Assembly (NCBI GenBank): GCA_977017575.1
Contig: CDRNVI010000155.1
Coordinates: 1-64,000 of the forward strand
Origin: Paramoeba atlantica
Taxonomy: Eukaryota; Protista; Discosea
DNA length: 64,000 bases
Reading direction: 5' to 3'
This document shows, in pieces, positions 13,301-25,129 of the stretch. The notes beneath the pieces are model-generated. The model ran no database searches, had not been told where the DNA came from, and saw only the letters and a program-made list of their open reading frames with translations. How positions within the stretch are numbered: the first letter of the stretch is position 1; the number at the start of each line of letters is the position of its first letter. The position numbers were made by a program, and so were the translations under genes.

Positions 13301-14093
13301 AGTTTTGGTTTTGGTTTGTTTTTGTCTCACTGTTAACTGAATAATAATAGACATGGAGAAATTGGCAATATCTATCAACGAGAGCTGGTATTCGGGTGTT
13401 TGGTCATTTTGTTGTATGTCGCAATTATTATTGCTGCTGTTGTTTTGGCGGAGAATGATTCTGATGATACATCAGCGTGTCCAGGACGCGCTCCAGTGGA
13501 TGATTCAAGTCTTGAAGATTCCATGAAGACATTGTCTATTGCTTATACATCTATTATTACTTTTATAACCCTTGTGTTGACTGCAATGGCGTTCTATGAA
13601 GCTCGTGATGTTTTGAAGATGATGAGAAAAGGTTCATTTTTGTTGTTGTGGTTTTTCTCTGGTCTCGTCAAAACAAAGAAAATCTAACAGTTAACTGTTC
13701 TCTCTTTCTTGTTCAGGTTTTTTCACGGCCTTCTTTTATGTTCCTGCCTCTCGATTCACCTTCGTCTTCATGATCTTTTTCTTAATCCGATGTATCCTCT
13801 TCCTGGTCATCTACACAGCCGACATCACCTCCGATATCTTCATCTTCGTCCTCCTAATGACATGCGAAGTAATCCCCTGTATTATCTTATGGCTCGAAGT
13901 TGTACGCGTAGCAGTAAAACCAATATCAGAATCACATTCTTCAAGAAGAGCGAGCAAAAATTCATCTTCCATGGGACCTGTTTCTATGGGGGTTCACTCT
14001 TTACCTCCTGTGTCTCCTCGTGCAAGTGCAAGTCATACTTTTGTTCGTAATGGTACAAGTAATCTTGCTGCGTCTCAGGCTACCAGGTTGTGA
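7301..14093 (+). CDS. Very large multi-exon membrane protein: signal peptide, long Cys-rich ectodomain, C-terminal THH1/TOM1/GPR137-like multi-TM domain
   Basis: ATG at 7301 (MSPSLLLLSFFLFCVCDVVLC), then a chain of Cys-rich exons flanked by GT-AG introns. C-terminal helices VILAYILAGTYLVLF..., VCAFRSTYFL, FVLFETPSFFLL, FFLIRCILF, MTCEVIPCIIL, followed by a Ser-rich tail and TGA at 14093. Confidence 0.7.
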
Positions 14094-14256
14094 GAAAAAA
14101 AAAATGTCTCAAAAATTGTTTGCTGTTGAAATAAAATTTTATCTATCTTTTAAAAAAAATTTTTTTTGTCTAATTATTTTATCATTTTTTTTTGACTCTT
14201 GAGAAAAAAGATGATTTTTCTTCACCAACAGTGTCACTTTATTTTTGGTTTCTTTT

Positions 14257-17200
14257 TCATCCTTTCTGTTCTTTCCTTTCATCTCTTTTCTTTCTCAACT
14301 TCCAATACTTTTTAACTGATTTGCCAATTGGAATATCATCTTCGTGTACCCACTCTTTCTCTCCTCCTTTTTTCCCTCCTTCCCAAGTTACTAAATACAA
14401 TCTATTTCCTTCTCTTCCTTTGTGATTGGACACTTTTCTAATTTTTGATTTTTCTTCTTCGAAAAAGGCTTCTTCATCAATAAAGTAACTACTCTCATCT
14501 CCTGTTGTCATATCTGTTGTATTTTCTCTTTCACTTTCTAATTCTTTCAAATCTTCTTCTTCTTCTTCTTCTTCTTCTTCTTCTTGATGTGATTCTTCTT
14601 CTTCTTCTTGATATGATTCTTCTTGATATGACTCTTCTTGAAATGATTCTTCTGGAAATGGATAATGCAGCTTTTTCTTTTTCTTTTTCTTCTTTTTTGG
14701 AGACATTATTGGGCTGTGGTAATGTCTCCTTTCTGTCTTTCTTTGGTCAGATTCTTGGTGAAACTCGTCATCATCATCTCCATCCATTGCCAAAGGATCA
14801 TAACCCCTCCAGTATTGGAGGAGAAATTGAGTATAATCTGAAATCAAAAGGGATTGGTGGGATGAGCGAGAAAAAAGAGAAAAGAAAAGAAAAGTGAACC
14901 TTTTCGAAAATAGATTAACATGAATAAGATAATAAACAACCCAACAGTTCCAAAGACAATGAGTTTCTAAAAGGAGGAGAACAAAAAAGTCAAAAAAAAA
15001 TACAAAAAGGGAAAGAGAAAGGAAAAAGCAAATCACTTGATAAGTAAAGAAGAAAAATGTCCATTCTGCTTTCGAAAGCCCTTTGACACCAGCAGGACAA
15101 GAGGGCTGTGCACACTAAAAAAGAATTTTGAGAAAATAATAATATTAAAAATGATCATCCGAATCTTAACAAGAACTAAAAAGTAATAATAAAATAATTA
15201 AAAGAAAATTATTTCTCACGTTCCTATCTTTCTATCTTTCCTTTTTCTCTCTCTCTCTTCTTTTCAATACAGGAGGAACAAACCTTGACACATTCCTCTT
15301 TATCAAATGAATTATCACAACAACCTTGGCAAAGTCTGTGGATTGAATAAGAAAAAGAGAAGGGAAAAAGAAAGAGAGAAGGGAAAAAGAAAAAGAAAAA
15401 GAAAGAAAAGAAAAAAAACACTCACTTGCATTGATAATTTGCGGTACAGCGACACTCCTTGAATTTGAAAAGTTAGAAAAGAAAAAGAAAAAATGAGAAA
15501 GAAACAAGCCAAAAGGACAGGAATGAAAGAGAAAAGAAAAGAGAAAGAAAAGAAAAGAGAAGGAAAAGAGAAAGGAAAAGAGAAAGAAAGAAGAGAGAGA
15601 GAGAGAACCTCGAGAACACAAGCATTACAAGTCTGAGAATCCTCATAGAGATGATCACAACATGCCCCACAAACATTGCATCCTCCCTCTAGACGTGGGT
15701 CACATTGGTGCTAAAAAAAGAAAGAAGAGAAAAGAGAGAAAGGGGGGAAAGAATGGGAAAGAGAAAGAGAAAGAGAAAGAAGAGAGAAGAAAAAGAGAGA
15801 AAAAGAAAATTAAAAAAAGAAAAATAAAATTATTAAAAAAAAGAATCAAAAAAAAAGAAGAGAAAAAACAAACAGGTTTTTTTCCTTGACAATTTTCTCG
15901 AACACAATCATCACAGCCAGCCTGAAAAAGAAAGAAAAGAGAAATAAGAAGAAAATAGAAAAAGTATTGTTTTCTTAACTTTTTGTTTTTCAAAGTTAAT
16001 TCTAAATTTTGATTGAATTTTGAATGGAAATAAAGAAATAAAAGGGTTTAAATTATTTTCTATTATTATTTTTTTGATTCTATTGGTTTCTTTCTTTCTT
16101 TCTTTCATTCAATTTATTCCACGACATATCATTTTCCTCTCTTCTTTTTTTAAATAAATTAAAAAAAATCAAAATCAAAAACACAACAAAAAACAAGACA
16201 AACAAACAAACAAACAAACAAAAAAAAAAAAAACCACAAACATGAGCAAGAAACCCCTGACAGCACTTATCACAAACATTACAACTCCTAGGCTCACAAA
16301 CATTCCCAACAACCCCCCCATCACCACCAGGACTAGGACTCGGAACACCCCCCAAATTTGGACTCGGACTCGGACTCGGAAACTCCTCAACTAAAAAGGG
16401 AGATGGCGCTGGACTTGGAGAAGGTGTTGGAGTTGGAATTGGTGTAGGAGTGGGAGTTGGAGTCGGAGTTGGAGTTGGTGTTGGAGTTGGTGTTGGTGAG
16501 GGAGATGGGTGGAGGGTCGGGGTCGAGGTCGGGGTCGGGGTCGGGGTCGAGGTCGGGGTCGGGGTCGGGGTTGGTGCTGGAGGCGCTGGGATTTTGGTTT
16601 CTGGGGCGGTGTAGATTGTGAGGGCCAGCTGTTTTTTGGTTGAGAGAGGAGAGAGAGAGAGAGAGAAGGAGAGGAGGGAGAGAGAGGAGGAGGAGAGGAG
16701 AGAGAGAAGGAGAGAGAGAAGGAGAGGGAAGATTTAGATTTTGTGGAAAAAAGAACAAATTTAAAAACAAACATTTTCGACTGAACCAATATCTCCTTGA
16801 ACATCATCAGCAATTTTAACAACCCAATCACCACCTTTCTGTTTTTAAAAAAATGAATCTCCCTCTTTGTAAAAGAGACAGAGAAACGAGAAGAGAAGAG
16901 AGAAAAGAGAAAGAAACAAGTGAGAAAATTCAAACCGTTTCTCCCCAGTGTCTCAGTGTTGTGAAAGTATAACGTGAATACTAGATTTATGAAATTATTT
17001 AGAAAAAGAAAAAGAAATAATATTTGTAAAAAAAAAATTCAATAAAAAATAAAAAATAATTCAATAAAAGAGAAAGAACCAATGGCTGACTAAAATCTTT
17101 TGTGGCCATTCTCTGAAAAGTCACCAAAACTCGCTGTTGGATCATATCAAAAGATTCAAAAGAAGAGAGAGGACACCCAATGATCGGCACCGAAAATTGA

Positions 17201-20200
17201 ATTGGATCAACTTCTTCAAGAGTAAAAAAGAAGACAACTTTGACACCAACAAATTTGAGTCCAATGATTTGCATCTGAGAGAGAGGGAAAGGAAAAAAAT
17301 GAATAATAAATAAATAAAAAAGCTTTTTTGAATCATAAATAAAATAAAAAGAACTTGACGAGAAAAAGAACAAGCTCCACTATTTAAAGCGACAATACCA
17401 TCTTCATTTGTCAGACCATTCACTGCACAACTATTTTTCAAAAATTGAGAAAGAAAGAAAGAGAAAGAGAGGAAGAGAGGAAGATAGAGAAAAGAAAAAG
17501 AAAAAGAAAAAGAAAAAGAAAAGAACGCTTCAGAGGAGAAAGCACAACAATCAGAAATCAAATAAAGCTTTTGAACTTCAATTGAAATTTTCTGTGAAAG
17601 AAGTAAGAAGAGAGGAAGAGAAAGATGAGAAAGAAAAGAGAGAGAGAAATAACTTGATGGTTTTCAAGAGCAGAATATGTTCTTTTATCTAAAGGAAATC
17701 CCGTTTTTTCCCATTTTTCATTTTCATTTTCCACCTTTTGAAGAGGAAGAGGAAGAAAGAAAAGAAAATTTAGAATGAACTTTTTTCTTCTTCTCTCTTT
17801 TCTTTCTCTCTCTTTATTTGAGAACAAACCTTCAAATAACTTCTATGAATATCTGTAAAGTAATATCCTCGTGCCTATTTTCAATGAATTTAATAAAGAA
17901 AGAAAAGTAAGAAGAAAAAGAGAAAGGAGTGAAGATGAGTATGAAGAAAATAAGAAAGAAAGAAAAAGAGAGAAAAGCCTCTGCAAATTGAGAAGGGGTC
18001 CCAAAAGGAGAAGAGAGAAGAAAAGGGAAAATAAGAGAGAAGTGAGAGAAGAGAGAGAGAAAACCTTGGCAAGGTGAGATGGAGTACCAAAAGGAGAATA
18101 AAGAATTACAGATAAATCTGTAATCGCTCGGTGGTCACTTGTCAACTCCACCTGTTTTTATTTATTTTTTATTTATTTTTTATTTATTTTTTATTTATTT
18201 TTTATTTTTTATTTATTCTTTTTCTTTTATTCTTTTTCTTTTATTCTTTTTCCTTTTATTCTTTTAATAAAGAATAAAATAAAAGAGAAAAAAAGTAAAA
18301 TAACCTCCACATGTTGAACATTAAATTCAGAATCACTACAAAAAGCCAATTAAAAATAATTTCAAAATTTAAATTTATCCAATTTGTATTTTTCTTTTTG
18401 TCTCTGTCATCTCTCTCTTTTTGAAAAAAGGATTAAAAATACCGAGCAGAAAATTTGAAAGAAACTCCTTTTTCGCTATCATCCGGAATTAATGTCTTCT
18501 CAGACCTACCAAAAGAGTTAAAATCAAGTGAGAGAGAAAGAGAGAAAGAAAAGAGGGAAAGAAAAGAGAAAAAAGAAAGAAAAGAGAAATAAAAAATAAT
18601 AAAAACAAAAAAAAGTGTTTTCATACCAAGTAAAAGTCTCTTTTCTCCTTTTCGACATGTCAATTGGGATGCATTTTGTTGCGGCGAGAACTGCATTTCT
18701 TCCATTTACTACCCCAAAACTAAATCCATTTTAAATTAATAATTTTAATAATTTTATTAAATAATTAAATTTATTTTGAATTTATTTTTATTTTTTACTT
18801 CCATTTAATTTATTTTTCATTTCTCCTTTTCAATTAACTTTCTTTTAACAACACAAATAAAATATTCAAAAATAAAAATAAAAAAAACAAACCCAAATCG
18901 AGAACTAACCAATCTCCCAGCTCCATTTCTTGTCCATTCATCATCTTCTGATGCACTTAATGGTCGAGCAGTCTCAATTAAAAGGGACTATAAAAGAGAG
19001 AAGAAGAAAGAGGGAAGAGAAGAAGAAAAGAAAAGAAAGAGGAGAAAGGGAGAGAGAGAAGAGAAAGATTATTAACTATTCTATTAAAAACAAAAAATAA
19101 AAGAGATAAAAAAAACCTGAACATCAAGCCAACTCAAATTTGGATTTGCCTTTTTTTTTCAAGTGGTTGAGAAAAAGAAAGGAATAAAAGAAGAGAAAGA
19201 AAAAAATGAAAGAAGAGAAAGAAAAAAATGAAAGAAGAGAAAGAAAGAGAGAAGAAAAGAAAGCAAAAAACTTGAAGCATTAAAGCGACAACTCCACTCA
19301 CCACAGCAGTCGAAGCCTATGTAATAATCAATACAAAGAAAAGAGAGGGAAAAGAAGAGGAGAGAAGAAAAGAGAGAAAAGAGAGAAAGAAAGAAGAACC
19401 TTTGGTCCAGAGAGGATAAAGTCCTCTCCACAATAATCTGTGAAAAAAGAGTGAGTCAATTAAAAAAGAAAAGCGAAGGAGGAAAAAAGTAGAAAAAGAG
19501 AAAGAGAAAAAGAGAGAGAGAGAAAAAGACCATCATAATGAACATAAGGAAGATCAGTAGGGGCAGAAACAAGATAAGCAGCACATTGTGATGTCCCACT
19601 TCCCCCTTCTCCTTTTGTATTCACATCTGATACTGTTTTTTTTTTTTTTTTGATTGGAGGAATGGGAGAGAGGGAAGAGAGGGAGAGAGGGGGAGAGAAA
19701 GAGAAGAAAGGGGAATAGGAAAATGAAAATGAGAAAAGAAAGAAAATGAAAAAAAGAAAGAAAAAAAAAAAAAAAAGAAAAAAAAAAGAAAAAAAAGAAA
19801 ATTTGAACCAGTAATAATTTCAGAAGGATTTTTATATCCATTATAATTACAATTTCCCTCCCACCCTCCTTCCTCTGCTGCAGTCAATATAATCGATCCC
19901 CTTTTTTAGAAAGAGAGCAGAGAAAGAGAGGTGAGAAAAGAAAGAGAATAATGCAAAAGGGAAGAGAGAAAGGAGAGAAAAGAGAGAGAAAAAAAATGAG
20001 TACTTTCCATCTCGTCCCATTTGAGTCATTTCAACAATCTAAAAGAAGAAATGAGATTAAAAAGAAAGGAAAAAAAAAGAAAGAAAGAGAAGAGAAGAGA
20101 GAGAGAACCGTTCTCTTCCAAGCCTCTTCAGGCTCCACTAAAATATTTGAAAAACCTATTTATTTCATAAGAGAGAAGAAAAGGGAGAGAAGAAAGAAAA

Positions 20201-21864
20201 GAGAGGAAAGAGGAGAAAGAGAAAGAGAAAAGAAAACAAACCAATAATCTCAAAATCATGAATATAAACAGAAACTTGATTTTTATGATAACTTTGAATT
20301 GAACACAAATCCAAGAAAAGAAGAAAAGAAAGAAAGAGAAAAAAGAAAGAGAGGAAAAAGAGGAGAAAGAGAAAAGAGAAACAAACCAATAATCTCAAAA
20401 TCATTAATATAAACAGAAATTTGATTTTTGTGATAACTTTGAATTAAACACAAATCATCAATTCTAACACCATCAGGAAAAGAGAGAAGTTCTAAAATCG
20501 CAATTTTTGCTGAAAAAAATAAAAAAAAAGAATCAATAAAGAAAAGGAAAATGAAAGCAACAAAAAAAATTCTTTTCGAAATTGAAAGAAAAATGTTTCT
20601 TTCTTCTTCCTCTCTTTCCTTTTCTCTCCTTCCTCTCTTTCTTCCGAAAAGAGAGAATCCCAAAATAACATTTAATTTCAACATTCTTTTTCCTGAAAAT
20701 TCTATTTTTCTCTTTTCCTTCAAATGATTTTCCTTTTCAAATTACCAGCAATGCAACTCTTTGCTTGTGCAATAGCAGTATTCTTTCCTTCTTCTTTCTC
20801 TCCCTTTTCTTTCTCTCTCTTTTTCATTTCTCACTCTTTTTCCTTTAAAGTAAAATGCAAAATTACCAGCACAATGTCAACAATACAATTTTGATTATTC
20901 TTTGTGCGACAGCAAGACTTTGTCAATGTAGTGTCTTCTTCTCTCTTTCTTTTTCTTTCCTTTTCTCTTTTCTCTCTCTTTTTTCTCCCTTTCCCTCTCT
21001 CTTTCAAAAAATGAAAATTACCAGCAGATGCAACGCCAGCAATATAATTTTGATTATTAGATTAAGCGACAGCAATACTTGTCAATGTAGTGTCTTCTTC
21101 TCTCTTTTCTCTCTTCCTTTCTTTTTCTTTCCTTTTTTCTCTTTTCTCTTTCTTTTCTATTTTTCCTCTCCCCTTCCCCTCTCTCCTTTCAAACATGAAA
21201 ATTACCAGCATACGCAACGCCAGCAATACAATTTTGATTATTAGATTGAGCGACAGCAATACTTGCCAAAGCAGTTCCTTCTTCTAAAACTCCTCCTCTT
21301 TTATTTGTTAGACTTCTCATGGAGTTGGCTTCGTCATATTGGTTTTTTAAATCTGTTTTTTTTTTGTTGAGAGAGAGAGAGAGAGAGAAAAGGGGGTTGG
21401 GAAAGAGAGAAGGTTGGGGAAGAGAAGAGAGTTCTTTGCTTTCTGATTTGATTCTAAAAGTAAGGAATAGAAAAGAAGAGGAAAACAAAGAAAGAAAAGA
21501 AGAATCATAAATTACCAGTTATATTTGAATCAACAAGAGGAGTAATTAAACCAATGACAACACCATTTCCATCATAACCTAAATCCCACGCTCCCTTAAA
21601 AAAAGAGATGAGAGAAAAGAAAGAGAGAAAAGTAAAAGAGAGAAAAGTAAAAGAGGAAAAGCAAAAGAGAAGAGAAGAAGAATAAGAGAAGAAAGAGAAA
21701 AGGAAGAAGAGAAAAACCTCAATTTGAGCAGAAGGGTAAGGAGATCTCATTGGGAGATGCCATTCTTTCTCAACCAAAGGATCATTTGGCAACGAACCAC
21801 AAACAAAACCAAAGAGAAAGAAAAAGAACAAGAGAAAGAAGGAGAAGACAATCCGTGGCCCCAT
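14257..21864 (-). CDS. Type-I membrane protein: signal peptide, inactive kexin/furin-type S8 domain, P domain, Pro/Thr linker, three Cys-rich repeats, TM, cytoplasmic acidic/NLS tail with C-terminal chromodomain
   Basis: Kexin landmarks: [103 protein letters not shown]-domain motifs [12 protein letters not shown] and [19 protein letters not shown]. Phase-consistent exons run ...EECVK|CAQPSC...TYQ|[22 protein letters not shown]|[10 protein letters not shown]... into the 14257-15036 ORF, which carries YLVTWEG...KEWVHEDDI. Confidence 0.75.
20245..20460 (-). repeat. Duplicated 3' part of a kexin-domain exon
   Basis: [24 protein letters not shown] (~20388-20460) is repeated as [24 protein letters not shown] (~20245-20310), with the same donor context. 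Confidence 0.75.
20735..21290 (-). repeat. Tandem degenerate copies of the 3' half of the kexin 'His-motif' exon within an intron
   Basis: The functional exon ends at 21206. Copies lie at ~21022-21095, ~20866-20940 and ~20735-20785 (partial). Each retains GCTG|GTAATTT; one has an in-frame TAA. Confidence 0.75.
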
Positions 21865-22200
21865 TTTCCAAAACCTTTTTTTTTTGTTTTGTTTTTGAAG
21901 AAAGAAGAAGAAAAAAAGGGTTTTTGAGCAAAAGAAAAAAAATCCTTTCTTTTCTCCCTGTCCTCTCTCTTTTCGATCTCTCTCTCTTTTTCTCTTCTTT
22001 TCTCGCGAAAAGAAGGAAAAGAAGAGTTGGGCGTTTTTTTATCCATACCATCACATCTTTTCATTGAGAAAAGGTCCATACCCACCAATTTTTTGAGTTT
22101 TTGGGAAAAGAGAAAAATTTTGGTGATTCTTTGAAAAGAATTTTATTGAAAGATTTTTGTACAACTGTCATAAGAGTCCGACTCATGCGTCCATTTTTGT

Positions 22201-24186
22201 TCAAATTCGAAGAGATCGAGGATTTGGGTCACTGATTTTGGATTGAATATTCTCGGTTGTATTCTCGTCTGCACGAAAGAGAGCAACGTAAAATTTAGGG
22301 ATGAAGATGAAGGAAAGGGTGGCAATGGCACGGTACATTGCTTGGATACACAAAAGGATGGTGCGTCCTTTGTACTGATCCAATTCCATGGTGTAGATAA
22401 GAGGGAGGAAGATCAACTCCAGAATAGCAACATTGTAGAGAGCCAGACTGATCTCAGTTGTTTCACAGAAATACCCATGAAGTCGTCGTGTGAGATATGC
22501 CAAAACAATACCAGCACAAATCCACACACACAAATAACCCCACACTAATCCAATCCACAAGGCTTCATTCGTATCACCACAGTACAAATATTGCTCATCT
22601 ATTTCCAGGTCATCACTGGTTTCACGTGTCGCCTGGTAAGGGTCAGCCACTTGCCATGAAATTAAGATGATTAACATTCCAAGCAGACCAACTCCAATAG
22701 CTCCAAAAAGTTGGGGAATAGGAATGGCTGTGGGGAAAAACTTATGGGTCGTTCTGAACAATTTCCAAAATCGAAAGTTCTTAACCACAATAGCACTCAA
22801 CATCATCACAAATCCCAACATCTCCAGCCAAATAGGGACCATACAGACCGCATCTGTTGGCTTTTGGAGGTATGTGTAAGCCGCAGCAAACTGCATCCAC
22901 CCGCCCACGAAAATGACAACACAAAAAATGGGAGAGGCGGTGCGAATGACGGGTGTGGTGACGAAAAAGAGGAAGAAGGCCAAGTAGATGAAAGATAATA
23001 CCACACACAATGACACAATAACCATCATGGCAATGTAGAGCGCGGAGTCACTTTCCACATACACATCCACAAAATAGAAGTCACCTTCAACTGGAGTCAC
23101 ATAGTCCAGCAAGTAAGGCATGCTATTTAAGACTGATGCACACTCCTCACCCATCTCAGGTTGGTCCTCAGGAGGAATTCCTGCGAGCGCATCTTCACCA
23201 CAAAAAATGACTTCCTCTCCAGGGCCAGCAAGAAGGACACGTTCACGTTCACTGAAAAAAAGGGGCAAGATTTCTTCATCAACAATCTCACTTGGAGGTG
23301 CAATATCAACAGACTCGAAATTATTCAAACCAGCAAGGACACGTCGATCAATTTCATGACCATCAAGATAACGTTGAACAATATCGGTGTAGACCCCACC
23401 AAAGTTGAACATCGAAGATGTCAGAACTGAAGGACCCACTTTTGCACGGAAGTCATCAGTATATCCAGAAGAGTACACCTTCTCTCCTTGAGCATAAAGT
23501 TTTGCAACAATTGTGGAAGGGATAAAGTTGCCTGTGTATCCCATAATATTGTCAGCTCCCAACTGTAACAACTGTTCAGTTCCTTGTTTGTGCATTCGGT
23601 GGTCTGTAAACGAAGGCATAACAACAGTCAGGCACTCAACATTGGGATTGACTTTACGGGCTCCAAGACAGCAAGCATTGATCGACTTTGCATTCGGCAT
23701 CGCTAATGGACCAGTCAAAAATCCAAGTTTTTGAGTCTGAGACATGTGGCCTGCCACAATACCAGCTAAATATGACGCTTGATAGAGCAAGCCATCGATT
23801 GCAATTAAGTTTGGAAGATCTTCATCAAAGACAGTGGCTGGCATCTGGACGAAGAGAATATCGGGATACATTTTAGCCAAAGTGAGTGCCTCAGTGAGGA
23901 AACCAGTCGAGGTCAAAAATATGATCTTATATCCATCATTAATGAACTCTTCTGCTGTGGAGATTGTCATCTCCGGATCCCACTCGTTTGTTGTTACGAC
24001 ACTGGTAAGAATGGAGTTCTTGAGTGCTCTTGCCACATCTTGACGACCCATTTCGTGACGAAAGGACCAGGCGTGCTCCAGGGCACCGTTCAGAAAAAAA
24101 AGAATCTTCGTGATTTGTCTCCCTTCATCCTCCTGGCAGACAACGAAACCAAAACAAAGGATCCCAAACAAGAGCGCAAATTTCAT
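22201..24186 (-). CDS. Class C (family 3)-like GPCR with N-terminal BMP/PnrA-type substrate-binding domain (Dictyostelium Grl-like); intronless
   Basis: Signal peptide MKFALLFGILCFGFVVC. BMP motifs WSFRHEMGR, YQASYLAGIVAG, SSGYTDD. 7tm_3 motifs ASPIFC, IVVKNFRFWKLF, LAYLTR...FCET. Confidence 0.85.
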   Translation of the reverse strand: MKFALLFGILCFGFVVCQEDEGRQITKILFFLNGALEHAWSFRHEMGRQDVARALKNSILTSVVTTNEWDPEMTISTAEEFINDGYKIIFLTSTGFLTEALTLAKMYPDILFVQMPATVFDEDLPNLIAIDGLLYQASYLAGIVAGHMSQTQKLGFLTGPLAMPNAKSINACCLGARKVNPNVECLTVVMPSFTDHRMHKQGTEQLLQLGADNIMGYTGNFIPSTIVAKLYAQGEKVYSSGYTDDFRAKVGPSVLTSSMFNFGGVYTDIVQRYLDGHEIDRRVLAGLNNFESVDIAPPSEIVDEEILPLFFSERERVLLAGPGEEVIFCGEDALAGIPPEDQPEMGEECASVLNSMPYLLDYVTPVEGDFYFVDVYVESDSALYIAMMVIVSLCVVLSFIYLAFFLFFVTTPVIRTASPIFCVVIFVGGWMQFAAAYTYLQKPTDAVCMVPIWLEMLGFVMMLSAIVVKNFRFWKLFRTTHKFFPTAIPIPQLFGAIGVGLLGMLIILISWQVADPYQATRETSDDLEIDEQYLYCGDTNEALWIGLVWGYLCVWICAGIVLAYLTRRLHGYFCETTEISLALYNVAILELIFLPLIYTMELDQYKGRTILLCIQAMYRAIATLSFIFIPKFYVALFRADENTTENIQSKISDPNPRSLRI

Positions 24187-25129
24187 TTCCAAAAAGGAAA
24201 AACGGAAAACGGACAAGCCCGCTGTTCTCGTCCAGGACATAAAACTAAAATAAATTCGGCAATGCTTCCAAAAATGGCCCTTTTGGCTGAAACAAAAGCA
24301 AGCAAAAGTTCCAGAAAAAGGATAAATTCCCAAGTTTAGTTAATTTTTCCAAAAAAGTTTTTCGTGCAATTCTGTTTCTGAAAGAAAAAATTTTGGCAAG
24401 GAAAAGAGTGGTGAAAGAAGGAAGGTCACAAAAAAAAAGATTCCAGAATAAAACACCAATTGTTTGGTGTCGAAGGAACTTGGAGTTCAAGAATTTTTTC
24501 TCTTTTCCATCGATGAGAAAAAAAAAAGCTGGTCGGGATTTTTTCTGTTTATTTTGCGTGAGCGTCTGGCTTTTTTTTTGGTGTTTTCTGAAGGAGACGC
24601 TGGCCCAAAAGCCAAAGATTAAACCTTTTTCACCTGAAAAAGAAAAGACCAGATGAAGCAATCGAAGACTTTTCAAGAGTCGGTCTTCTCCTGTTAAAGT
24701 CTTTTTTTTTGTGACCTTGAGGTTTCATGAAGCTTCCTTATCATCAAATTAATTTTCCTCCTGTTTGCCTCATCTTTTGTTTCCGATCCTGAAGATAATT
24801 TGGTGTTGACGAAGAAAGGGAAAGCAGACGATAGAGGGTGAGATCTCACCAAACAGCTTCGTGGAGGCATTTCGATGAGTTCTTTTCAAACCACGCGATT
24901 TGTTTGAAAAGGTTAGGGTTGTTTTCAAAAAAACTATCCTCGGATCTCATTTTCTTCGTTGGGTTTTCCTTTCAAAATTTTTATTCCATCGCCAAGGGTA
25001 AAGATTGTTTGACCAAAATGTTTTGTTTCGATTGTCAACGATCTGTCTCTCCAGAGGAAGATGAACCCAACAAGAAAAGCAGATTGGAATAAGTTTTGTT
25101 GATTTTTTTGTTACTCGTATTTTTTTAAC

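Noticed and set aside
16380-16575. PRPRPR or DPDPDP repeat ORFs
   Set aside because: The Pro/Thr linker frame is the one that joins the flanking exons of the kexin-like gene.
22201-24186. Bacterial contamination suggested by the BMP/ProX domains and an intronless ORF
   Set aside because: These domains are fused to eukaryotic 7tm_3 cores and are contiguous with intron-rich genes.
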